Below, in pieces: positions 42,101-54,790 of a stretch of DNA of 64,000 bases. The notes under the pieces are model-generated. The model ran no database searches and was not told where the DNA came from. It saw nothing but the letters and a program-made list of their open reading frames with translations. This stretch comes from Eledone cirrhosa (Eukaryota), in the NCBI GenBank assembly GCA_964016885.1, contig OZ024744.1, positions 19,282,001-19,346,000 on the forward strand, written 5' to 3'. The translations under genes were made by a program, and so were the position numbers. Position 1 is the stretch's first letter; each line of letters starts with the position of its first letter.

Positions 42101-44750
42101 GTCTGTGTCACTGTATATGTCACTGTATCTTTGTGTATGTCTGTGTCACTGTGTATGTCACTGTGTGTTTCTGTATGTCTGTGTCTCTGTGTATGTCACT
42201 GTATCTCTGTGTATGTCTGTGTCACTGTGTATGTCACTGTGTGTTTGTGTATGCCTGTGTGACTGTGTATTTCACTGTTTGTTTCTTTATGTCTGTGTCA
42301 CTGTGCATGTCACTGGGTGTTTCTGTATGTCTGTGTCACTCTGTATGTCAATGTATCTTTGTGTATGTCTCTGTCACCGTGTATGTCACTGTGTCTTTGT
42401 GTATGTGTGTGTCACCATGTAAGTAACTTATCTTTGTGTATGTCTGTGTCACTGTGTATGTCGCTGTGTCTTTCTGTATGTCTGTGTATCTGTGTATGTC
42501 ACTGTATCTTTGTGGATGTCTGTGTCACCGTGTATGTCACTGTATCTTTGTGTATGCTTATGTCACCGTGTATGTCACTCTGTGTTTCTGTATGTCGGTG
42601 TCACCGTGTATGTCACTGTATATTTGTGTATGTCTGTGTCGCGGTGTATGTCACTGTATCTTTGTGTATGTCTGTGTCACAGTGTATGTCACTGTATGTT
42701 TCTGTATGTCTGTCACTGTGTATATCAATGTATGTTTATGTATGCATGTGTCACTGTGTATATCAATGTATGTTTCTGTATGTCTGTGCCACTGTGTATG
42801 TCACTGTATGTTTCTGTATGTCGGTGTCACTTTGTATGTCAATGTGTGTTTCTGTATGTCTGTGTCACGGTGTATGTCACTGTATGTTTGTGTATATATG
42901 TGTCACTGTGTATGTCACTGTATGTTTCTGTATGTCTGTGTCACAGTGTATGTTACTGTGTGTTTCTGTATGTCTGTGTCACTGTGTATGTCACTGGGTT
43001 TTTTCTGTATGTCTGTGTCACTGTGTATCTCGCTGTGTGTTTCTGTATGTCTGTGTATCTGTGTATGTCACTGTATCTTTGTGTATGTCTGTGTCACTAT
43101 GTATGTCACTGTGTGTTTCTGTATGTCTGTGTCACTGTGTATGTCACTGTATGTTTCTGTATGTCTGTGTCACTGTGTATGTCAATGTGTTTGTATGTGT
43201 TTGTGTCACTGTGTATGTCACTGTATGTTTCTGTATGTCTGTGTCACTGTGTATGTCACTGTATGTTTGTGTGTGTCTGTGTCACTGTGTATGTCACTGT
43301 GTGTTTGTGTATGTATGTGTCACTGTGTATGTCAATGTGTGTTTCTGTATGTCTGTGTCACTGTGTATGTCATTGTGTGTTTCTGTATATCTGTGTCACA
43401 GTGTATGTCACTGTATGTTTTTGTATGTCTGTGTCACTGTGTATGCCACTGTATTTTTGTGTATGTCTGTGTCACTGTGTGTGTCACTGTGTATGTCACT
43501 GTATGTTTCTGTATGCCTGTGTCACTGTGTATGTCACTGTGTGTTTCTGTATGTCAGTGTCACTGTGTATGTCACTGTATGTTTTTGTATGTCTGTGTCA
43601 CTGTGTATGTCACTGTATGTTTTTGTATGTCTGTGTCACTGTGTATGTCACTGTGTGTTTATGTATGTCTGTGTCACTGTGTATGTCACTGTATCTTTGT
43701 GTACGGCTGTGTCACTGTGTATGTCACTGTATGTTTGTGTATGTCTGTGTCACTGTGTATGTCACTCTATGTTTCTCTATGTCTGTGTCACTGTGTATGT
43801 CACTGTACTTTTGTGTATGTCTGTGTCACCGTGTATGTCACTGTATATTTGTGTATGTCTGTGTCACTGTGTATGTCACTGTATATTTGTGTATGTCTGT
43901 GTCACCGTGTATGTCACTGTATATTTGTGTATGTCTGTGGCACTATGTATGTCATTGTGTGTTTCTGTATGTCTGTGTCACTGGCTATGTCACTGTATCT
44001 TTGTGTATGCCTGTGTCACTGTGTATGTCACTGTGGTTTTGCGTGTGTCTGTGTCACTGTGTATGTCAGTGTGTGTTTGTGTATGTATGTGTCACTGTGT
44101 ATGTCACTGTGTGTTTCTGTATGTCTGTGTCACTGTGTATGTCACTGTGTGTTTCTGTATGTCTGTGTCACTGTGTATGTCACTGTATGTTTGTGTGTGT
44201 CTGTGTCACTGTGTATGTCACTGTGTTTTTGCGTGTGTCTGTGTCACTGTGTATGCCACTGTGTGTTTGTGTATGTATGTGTCACTGTGTATGTCACTGT
44301 GTGTTTCTGTATGTCTGTGTCGCTGTGTATGTCACTGTGTGTTTCTGTATGTCTGTGTCACTGTGTATGTCACTGTATGTTTTTGTATGTCTGTGTCACT
44401 GTGAATGTCACTGTATTTTTGTGTATGTCTGTGTCACTGTGTGTGTCACTGTGTATGTCACTGTATGCTTCTGTATGTCTGTGTCACAGTGTATGTCACT
44501 GTGTGTTTCTGTATGTCTGTGTCACTGTGTATGTCACTGTATGTTTTTGTATGTCTGTGTCACTGTGTATGTCACTGTATGTTTTTGTATGTCTGTGTCA
44601 CTGTGTATGTCACTGTGTGTTTATGTATGTCTGTGTCACTGTGTATGTCACTGTATCTTTGTGTATGGCTATGTCACTGTGTATGTCACTGTGTGTTTGG
44701 GTATGTCTGTGTCACTGTGTATGTCACTGTGTATTTATGTATGGCTGTGC
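34970..44750 (+). repeat. ~4.95-4.99-kb higher-order tandem duplication
   Basis: Matching ORFs at offsets 4,954 (35187/40141) and 4,992 (37325/42317, 39413/44405); the difference is one 38-bp monomer. Confidence 0.9.
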
Positions 44751-44994
44751 CACTGTGTATGTCACTGTATGTTTGTGTATGTCTGTGTCACTGTCTATGT
44801 CACTCTGTGCTTCTCTATGTCTGTGTCACTGTGTATGTCACTGTATTTTTGTGTATGTCTGTGTCACCGTGTATGTCACTGTATATTTGTGTATGTCTGT
44901 GTCACTGTGTATGTCACTGTATCTTTGTGTATGTCTGTGTCACCGTGTATGTCACTGTATATTTGTGTATGTCTATGGCACTATGTATGTCATT

Positions 44995-47900
44995 GTGTGT
45001 TTCTGTATGTATGTGTCACTGTGTATGTCACTGTATGGTTGTGTATGTCTGTGTCACTGTGTATGTAACTGTATATTTGTGTATGTCTGTGTCACTGTGT
45101 ATGTCAATTTGTGTTTCTGTATGTCTGTGTCACTGTTTGTGTCAATGTATGTTTCTGTATGCCTGTGTCTCTGTGTATGTCAATGTGTCTTTGTGTATGC
45201 CTGTGTCACGGCGTATGTCACTGTGTGTTTCTGTATATCTGTGTCACTCTGTATGTCACTGTATGTTTGTGTATGCCTGTGTCACTGTGTATGTCAATGT
45301 ATGTCTCTGTATGTCTGTGTCTCTGTATATGTCAATGTGTCTTTGTGTGTGTCTGTGTCACTGTATATGTCACTGTATCTTTGTGTGTGTCTGTGTCACA
45401 GTGTATGTCACTGTATCTTTGTGTGTGTCTGTGTCACTCTGTATGTCACCCTATGTTTGTGTATGTCTGTATCACTGTGTATGTCACTGTATGTTTCTGT
45501 ATGTCTGTGTCACTGTGTATGTCAATGTGTGTTTCTGTATCTCTGTGTCACGGTGTATGTCACTGTATGTTTGTGTATGTCTGTGTCACTGTGTATGTCA
45601 CAGTGTGTTTCTGTATGTCTGTGTCACTGTGTATGTCACTGTATGTCTCTGTATGTCTGAGTCACTGTATATGTCACCGTATCGTTGTGTATGTCTGTGT
45701 CACTGTGTATGTCACTGTGTGTTTCTCAATGTCTGTGTCACTGTGTATGTCACTGTGTGTTTCTGTATGTCTGTGTCTCTGTGTATGTCACTGTATCTTT
45801 GTGTATATCTGTGTCACTGTGTATGTCACTGTGTGTTTCTGTATGTCAGTGTCACTGTTTATGTCACTGTGTGTTTATGTATATCTTTGTCTCTCTGTAT
45901 GTCACTGTATCTATGTGTATGTCTGTGTCACTGTGTATGTCACTGTGTGTTTCTGTATGTCTGTGTCACTGTGTATGTCACTGTATGTTTGTGTATGTCT
46001 GTATCACTGTGTATGTAACTGTATATGTGTGTATGTATGTGTCACTGTTTATGTCACTGTGTGTTTCTGTATGTCTGTGTCACTGTCTGTGTCACTGTGT
46101 GTTTCTGTATGCCTGTGTCTCTGTGTATGTCAATGTATATTTGTGTATGTCTGTGTCACGGTGTATGTCACTGTATCTTTGTGTATGTCTGTGTCACTGT
46201 GTATGTCACTGTGTGTTTCTGTATGTCTGTGTCACTGTGTATGTCACTGTGTGTTTCTGTATGTCTGCGTCACTGTGTATGTAACTGTATGTTTGTGTAT
46301 GCCTGTGTCACTGTGTATGTCAATGTATGTATATGTATGCCTGTGTCACTGTGTATGTCAATGTATGTATCTGTATGTATGTGTCTCTGTGTATGTCACT
46401 GTATCTTTGTGTGTGTCTGTGTCACTGTGTAAGTCACTGTATCTTTGTGCGTGTCTGTGTCACTGTGTATGTCACTGTATGTTTGTGCGTGTCTGTGTCA
46501 CTGTGTATGTCACTGTATGTTTCTGTATGTCTGTGTCACTGTTTATGTCAATGTGTGTTTCTGTATCTCTGTGTCACGGTGTATGTCAATGTATGTGTGT
46601 GGATGTCTGTGTCACTGTGTATGTCACTGTATGTTTCTGTATGTCTGTGTCACTGTGTATATCACTGTGTGTTCTGTATGTCTGTGTCACTGTGTATGTC
46701 ACTGTATCTTTGTGTATGTATGTGTCACTGTGTATTTCACTGTGTGTTTCTGTATGTCTGTGTCACTGTTTATGTCACTGTATGTTTCTGTATGGCTGTG
46801 TCACTGTGTATGTCATTGTGTGTTTATGTATGTCTGTGTCACGGTGTATGTCACTGTATGTTTCTGTATGTCTGTGCCACTGTGTATGTCAATGTGTGTT
46901 TCTGTATGTCTGTGTCCCTGTGTATATCACTGTGTGTTTGTGTATGCTTTGTCACTGTGTATGTCACTGTATGTTTGTGTATGTCTGTGTCACTGTGTAT
47001 GTCACTGTGTATTTCTGTATGTATGTGTCACTGTGTATGTCACTGTATGTTTGTATATGCCTGTTTCACTGTGTATGTCACTGTGTGTTTCTGTATGTCT
47101 GTGTCACAGTGTATGTCATTGTATGTTGCTGTATGTATGTGTCACTGTGTATGTCACTGTATATTTGTGTATGTCTGTGTCACTGTGTATGTTACTGTGA
47201 GTTTCTGTATGTCTGTGTCACTGTGTATGTCATTGTATGTTGCTGTATGTCTGTGTCACTGTGTATGTCACTGTATGTTTGTATATGTCTGTGTCACTGT
47301 GTATGTCACTGTGTATGTCACTGTGTGTTTCTGTATGTCTGTGTCACTGTGTATGTCATTGTGTGCTGCTGTATGTCTGTGTCACTGTGTACGTCACTGT
47401 ATGGTTGTATATGTTTGTGTCACTGTGAATGTCACTGTATATTTCTGTATGTCTGTGTCACTATGTATGTCACTGTATGTTTGTGTATGTATGTGTCACT
47501 GTGTATGTCACTGTATGTTTATGTATGTATGTGCCACTGTGTATGTCACTGCGAGTTTCTGTATGTCTGTGTCTCTGTGTATGTCATTGTATGTTGCTGT
47601 ATGTCTGTGTCACTGTGTATGTCACTGTATGTTTGTGTATGTCTGTGTCTCTGTGTATGTCACTGTGAGTTTCTGTATGGCTGTGTCACCGTGTATGTAA
47701 CTGTGTGTTTGTGTATGTCTGTGTCACTGTGTATGTCACTGTATGTTTCTGTATGTCTGTGTCACTGTGTATGTCACTGTATGTCTGTGTATGCCTGTGT
47801 CACTGTGTATGTCACTGTGAGTTTATATATGTCTTTGTCACTGTGTATGTAACTGTGTGTTTGTGTATGTCTGTGTCACTGTGTATTTAACTGTGTATTT

Positions 47901-50900
47901 CTGTATGTCAGTGTCACTATGTATTTCACTGTGTGTTTCTGTATGTCTGTGTCACTGTGTATGTCACTGTATCTTTGTGTATGGATGTGTCACTGTGTAT
48001 GTCACTGTGTGTTTGTGTATGTCTGTGTCACTGTGTATGTCACTGTATATTTGTGTATGGTTGTGTCACTGTGTATGTCACTGTATGTTTATGTATGTCT
48101 GTGTCAATATGTATGTCACTGTATGTTTGTGTATGTCTGTGTCACTGTGTATGTCACTGTATGTTTGTGTATGTCTGTATCACTCTGTATGTAACTGTAT
48201 ATGTGTGTATGTATGTGTCACTGTTTATGTCACTGTGTGTTTCTGTATGTCTGTGTCACTGTGTGTTTCTGTATGCCTGTGTCTCTGTGTATGTCAATGT
48301 ATCTTTGTGTATGTCTGTGTCACGGTGTATGTCACTGTATCTTTGTGTATGTCTGTGTCACTGTGTATGTCACTGTGTGTTTCTGTATGTCTGTGTCACT
48401 GTGTATGTCACTGTGTGTTTCTGTATGTCTGCGTCACGGTGTATGTAACTGTATGTTTGTGTATGCCTGTGTCACTGTGTATGTCAATGTATGTATATGT
48501 ATGCCTGTGTCACTGTGTATGTCAATGTATGTATCTGTATGTATGTGTCTCTGTGTATGTCACTGTATCTTTGTGTGTGTCTGTGTCACTGTGTGTTTCT
48601 GTATGTCTGTGTCACTGTGTAAGTCAATGTATATTTGTGTATGTCTGTGGCACTATGTATGTCATTGTGTGTTTCTGTATGTCTGTGTCACTGTCTATGT
48701 CACTGTATCTTTGTGTATGTATGTGTCACTGCGTATGTCACTGGGTGTTTCTGTATGTCTGTGTCACTCTGTATATCACCGTATCTTTGTGTATGTCTGT
48801 GTCACCGTGTATGTCACTGTATCTTTGTGTATGTCTGTGTCACTGTGTATGTCTGTGTATATTTATGTATGTCTGTGTCACTGTGTATGTCACTGTGTGT
48901 TTCTGTATGTCTGTGTCAAGGTGTATGTCACTGTATGTTTGTGTATGTCTGTGTCACTGTGTATGTCACTGTGAGATTATGTATGTCTGAGGCACTGTTT
49001 ATGTCACAGTGTGTTTCTGTATGTCTGTGTCACTGTGTATGCCACTGTATGTCTCTGTATGTCTGTGTCAGTGTCTATGTCACTGTATCGTTGTGTATGC
49101 CTGTGTCACTGTGTATGTCACTGTGTGTTTCTCAATGTATGTGTCACTGTGTATGTCACTGTGTGTTTCTGTATGTATGTGTCTCTGTGTATGTCCCTGT
49201 ATCTTTGTGTATGACTGTGTCACTGTGTATGTCACTGTATATGTGTGTATGTCTGTGTCACTGTGAATGTCACTGTGTGTTTCTGTATGTATGTGTCACT
49301 GTGTATGTCACTGTATGGTTGTGTATGTCTGTGTCACTGTGTATGTAACTGTATATTTGTGTATGTCTGTGTCACTGTGTATGTCAATTTGTGTTTCTGT
49401 ATGTCTGTGTCACTGTTTGTGTCACTGTATGTTTCTGTATGCCTGTATCTCTGTGTATGTCAATCTGTCTTTGTGTATGCCTGTGTCACGGCGTATGTCA
49501 CTGTATGTTTGTGTATGTCTGTGTCACTGTGTTTGTCACTGTGTGTTTCTGTATGTCTGTATCACTGTGTATGTCACTGTATGTTTGTGTATGCCTGTGT
49601 CACTGTGTATGTCTATGTATGTCTCTGTATGTCTGTGTCTCTGTGTATGTCAATGTGTCTTTGTGTGTGTCTGTGTCACTGTGTATGTCACTGTATCTTT
49701 GTGTGTGTCTGTGTCACAGTGTATGTCACTGTATCTTTGTGTGTGTCTGTGTCACTGTGTATGTCACCCTATGTTGGTGTATGTCTGTATCACTGTGTAT
49801 GTCACTGTATGTTTCTGTATGTCTGTGTCACTGTGTATGTCAATGTGTGTTTCTGTATCTCTGTGTCACGGTGTATGTCACTGTATGTTTGTGTATGTCT
49901 GTGTCACTGTGTATGTCACAGTGTGTTTCTGTATGTCTGTGTCACTGTGTATGTCACTGTATGTCTCTGTATGTCTGAGTCACTGTCTATGTCACCGTAT
50001 CGTTGTGTATCTCTGTGTCACTGTGTATGTCACTGTGTGTTTCTCAATGTCTGTGTCACTGTGTATGTCACTGTGTGTTTCTGTATGTCTGTGTCTCTGT
50101 GTATGTCACTGTATCTTTGTGTATATCTGTGTCACTGTGTATGTCACTGTGTGTTTCTGTATGTCTGTGTCACTGTTTATGTCACTGTGTGTTTCTGTAT
50201 ATCTGTGTCTCTCTGTATGTCACTGTATCTGTGTGTATGTCTGTGTCACTGTGTATGTCACTGTGTGTTTCTGTATGTCTGTGTCACTGTGTATGTCACT
50301 GTATGTTTGTATATGTCTGTATCACTGTGTATGTAACTGTATATGTGTGTATGTATGTGTCACTGTTTATGTCACTGTGCGTTTCTGTATGTCTGTGTCA
50401 CTGTCTGTGTCACTGTGTGTTTCTGTATGCCTGTGTCTCTGTGTATGTCAATGTATCTTTGTGTATGTCTGTGTCACGGTGTATGTCACTGTATCTTTGT
50501 GTATGTCTGTGTCACTGTGTATGTCATTGTGTGTTTCTGTATGTCTGTGTCACTGTGTATGTCACTGTGTGTTTCTGTATGTCTGCGTCACTGTGTATGT
50601 AACTGTATGTTTGTGTATGCCTGTGTCACTGTGTATGTCAATGTATGTATATGTATGCCTGTGTCACTGTGTATGTCAATGTATGTATATGTATGTATGT
50701 GTCTCTGTGTATGTCACTGTATCTTTGTGTGTGTCTGTGTCACTGTGTATGTCACTGTATCTTTGTGCGTGTCTGTGTCACTGTGTATGTCACTGTATGT
50801 TTGTGCGTGTCTGTGTCACTGTGTATGTCACTGTATGTTTCTGTATGTCTGTGTCACTGTGTATGTCAATGTGTGTTTCTGTATCTCTGTGTCACGGTGT

Positions 50901-53900
50901 ATGTCACTGTATGTGTGTGGATGTCTGTGTCACTGTGTATGTCACTGTATGTTTCTGTATGTCTGTGTCACTGTGTATATCACTGTGTGTTCTGTATGTC
51001 TGTGTCACTGTGTATGTCACTGTATCTTTGTGTATGTATGTGTCACTGTGTATTTCACTGTGTGTTTCTGTATGTCTGTGTCACTGTTTATGTCACTGTA
51101 TGTTTCTGTATGGCTGTGTCACTGTGTATGTCATTGTGTGTTTATGTATGTCTGTGTCACGGTGTATGTCACTGTATGTTTCTGTATGTCTGTGCCACTG
51201 TGTATGTCAATGTGTGTTTATGTATGTCTGTGTCCCTGTGTATATCACTGTGTGTTTGTGTATGCTTTGTCACTGTGTATGTCACTGTATGTTTGTGTAT
51301 GTCTGTGTCACTGTGTATGTCACTGTGTATTTCTGTATGTATGTGTCACTGTGTATGTCACTGTATTTTTGTATATGCCTGTTTCACTGTGTATGTCACT
51401 GTGTGTTTCTGTATGTCTGTGTCACAGTGTATGTCATTGTATGTTGCTGTATGTATGTGTCACTGTGTATGTCACTGTATGTTTGTGTATGTCTGTGTCA
51501 CTGTGTATGTTACTGTGAGTTTCTGTATGTCTGTGTCACTGTGTATGTCATTGTATGTTGCTGTATGTCTGTGTCACTGTGTATGTCACTGTATGTTTGT
51601 ATATGTCTGTGTCACTGTGTATGTCACTGTGTGTTTCTGTATGTCTGTGTCACTGTGTATGTCATTGTGTGTTGCTGTATGTCTGTGTCACTGTGTATGT
51701 CACTGTATATTTCTGTATGTCTGTGTCACTATGTATGTCACTGTATGTTTGTGTATGTCTGTGTCACTGTGTATGTCACTGTATGTTTATGTATGTATGT
51801 GTCACTGTGTATGTCACTGCGAGTTTCTGTATGTCTGTGTCTCTGTGTATGTCATTGTATGTTGCTGTATGTCTGTGTCACTGTGTATGTCACTGTATGT
51901 TTGTGTATGTCTGTGTCTCTGTGTATGTCACTGTGAGTTTATGTATGGCTGTGTCACCGTGTATGTAACTGTGTGTTTGTGTATGTCTGTGTCACTGTGT
52001 ATGTCACTGTATGTTTCTGTATGTCTGTGTCACTGTGTATGTCACTGTATGTCTGTGTATGCCTGTGTCACTGTGTATGTCACTGTGAGTTTATGTATGT
52101 CTTTGTCACTGTGTATGTAACTGTGTGTTTGTGTATGTCTGTGTCACTGTGTATTTAACTGTGTATTTCTGTATGTCAGTGTCACTATGTATTTCACTGT
52201 GTGTTTCTGTATGTTTGTGTCACTGTGTATGTCACTGTATCTTTGTGTATGGATGTGTCACTGTGTATGTCACTGTGTGTTTGTGTATGTCTGTGTCACT
52301 GTGTATGTCACTGTATATTTGTGTATGGCTGTGTCACTGTGTATGTCACTGTATGTTTATGTATGTCTGTGTCAATATGTATGTCACTGTATGTTTGTGT
52401 ATGTCTGTGTCACTGTGTATGTCACTGTATGTTTGTGTATGTCTGTATCACTGTGTATGTAACTGTATATGTGTGTATGTATGTGTCACTGTTTATGTCA
52501 CTGTGTGTTTCTGTATGTCTGTGTCACTGTCTGTGTCACTGTGTGTTTCTGTATGCCTGTGTCTCTGTGTATGTCAATGTATCTTTGTGTATGTCTGTGT
52601 CACGGTGTATGTCACTGTATCTTTGTGTATGTCTGTGTCACTGTGTATGTCACTGTGTGTTTCTGTATGTCTGTGTCACTGTGTATGTCACTGTGTGTTT
52701 CTGTATGTCTGCGTCACTGTGTATGTAACTGTATGTTTGTGTATGCCTGTGTCACTGTGTATGTCAATGTATGTATATGTATGCCTGTGTCACTGTGTAT
52801 GTCAATGTATGTATCTGTATGTATGTGTCTCTGTGTATGTCACTGTATCTTTGTGTGTGTCTGTGTCACTGTGTGTTTCTGTATGTCTGTGTCACTGTGT
52901 AAGTCAATGTATATTTGTGTATGTCTGTGGCACTATGTATGTCATTGTGTGTTTCTGTATGTCTGTGTCACTGTCTATGTCACTGTATCTTTGTGTATGT
53001 ATGTGTCACTGCGTATGTCACTGGGTGTTTCTGTATGTCTGTGTCACTCTGTATATCACCGTATTTTTGTGTATGTATGTGTCACCGTGTATGTCACTGT
53101 ATCTTTGTGTATGTCTGTGTCACTGTGTATGTCTGTGTATATTTATGTATGTCTGTGTCACTGTGTATGTCACTGTGTGTTTCTGTATGTCTGTGTCAAG
53201 GTGTATGTCACTGTATGTTTGTGTATGTCTGTGTCACTGTGTATGTCACTGTGAGATTATGTATGTCTGAGGCACTGTTTATGTCACAGTGTGTTTCTGT
53301 ATGTCTGTGTCACTGTGTATGTCACTGTATGTCTCTGTATGTCTGTGTCAGTGTCTATGTCACTGTATCGTTGTGTATGCCTGTGTCACTGTGTATGTCA
53401 CTGTGTGTTTCTCAATGTATGTGTCACTGTGTATGTCACTGTGTGTTTCTGTATGTCTGTGTCTCTGTGTATGTCCCTGTATCTTTGTGTATGACTGTGT
53501 CACTGTGTATGTCACTGTATATGTGTGTATGTCTGTGTCACTGTGAATGTCACTGTGTGTTTCTGTATGTATGTGTCACTGTGTATGTCACTGTATGGTT
53601 GTGTATGTCTGTGTCACTGTGTATGTAACTGTATATTTGTGTATGTCTGTGTCACTGTGTATGTCAATTTGTGTTTCTGTATGTCTGTGTCACTGTTTGT
53701 GTCACTGTATGTTTCTGTATGCCTGTATCTCAGTGTATGTCAATCTGTCTTTGTGTATGCCTGTGTCACGGCGTATGTCACTGTATGTTTGTGTATGTCT
53801 GTGTCACTGTGTTTGTCACTGTGTGTTTCTGTATGTCTGTGTCACTGTGTATGTCACTGTATGTTTGTGTATGCCTGTGTCACTGGGTATGTCTATGTAT

Positions 53901-54790
53901 GTCTCTGTATGTCTGTGTCTCTGTGTATGTCAATGTGTCTTTGTGTGTGTCTGTGTCACTGTGTATGTCACTGTATCTTTGTGTGTGTCTGTGTCACAGT
54001 GTATGTCACTGTATCTTTGTGTGTGTCTGTGTCACTGTGTATGTCACCCTATGTTGGTGTATGTCTGTATCACTGTGTATGTCACTGTATGTTTCTGTAT
54101 GTCTGTGTCACTGTGTATGTCAATGTGTGTTTCTGTATCTCTGTGTCACGGTGTATGTCACTGTATGTTTGTGTATGTCTGTGTCACTGTGTATGTCACA
54201 GTGTGTTTCTGTATGTCTGTGTCACTGTGTATGTCACTGTATGTCTCTGTATGTCTGAGTCACTGTCTATGTCACCGTATCGTTGTGTATCTCTGTGTCA
54301 CTGTGTATGTCACTGTGTGTTTCTCAATGTCTGTGTCACTGTGTATGTCACTGTGTGTTTCTGTATGTCTGTGTCTCTGTGTATGTCACTGTATCTTTGT
54401 GTATATCTGTGTCACTGTGTATGTCACTGTGTGTTTCTGTATGTCTGTGTCACTGTTTATGTCACTGTGTGTTTCTGTATATCTGTGTCTCTCTGTATGT
54501 CACTGTATCTGTGTGTATGTCTGTGTCACTGTGTATGTCACTGTGTGTTTCTGTATGTCTGTGTCACTGTGTATGTCACTGTATGTTTGTGTATGTCTGT
54601 GTCACTGTGTATGTAACTGTATATGTGTGTATGTATGTGTCACTGTTTATGTCACTGTGTGTTTCTGTATGTCTGTGTCACTGTCTGTGTCACTGTGTGT
54701 TTCTGTATGCATGTGTCACTGTGTATGTCAATGTATCTTTGAGTATGTCTGTGTCACGGTGTATGTCACTGTATCTTTGTGTATGTCTGT
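44995..54790 (+). repeat. ~4.3-kb higher-order repeat, about 2.3 copies (starts ~44,995, 49,275, 53,555)
   Basis: Identical context at 45001, 49281 and 53561 (offset 4,280). The marker TCTGAGTCAC...ACCGTATCGTT lies at ~45660, 49978 and 54258. GTGAGATTATG lies at 48971 and 53251. Confidence 0.88.
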
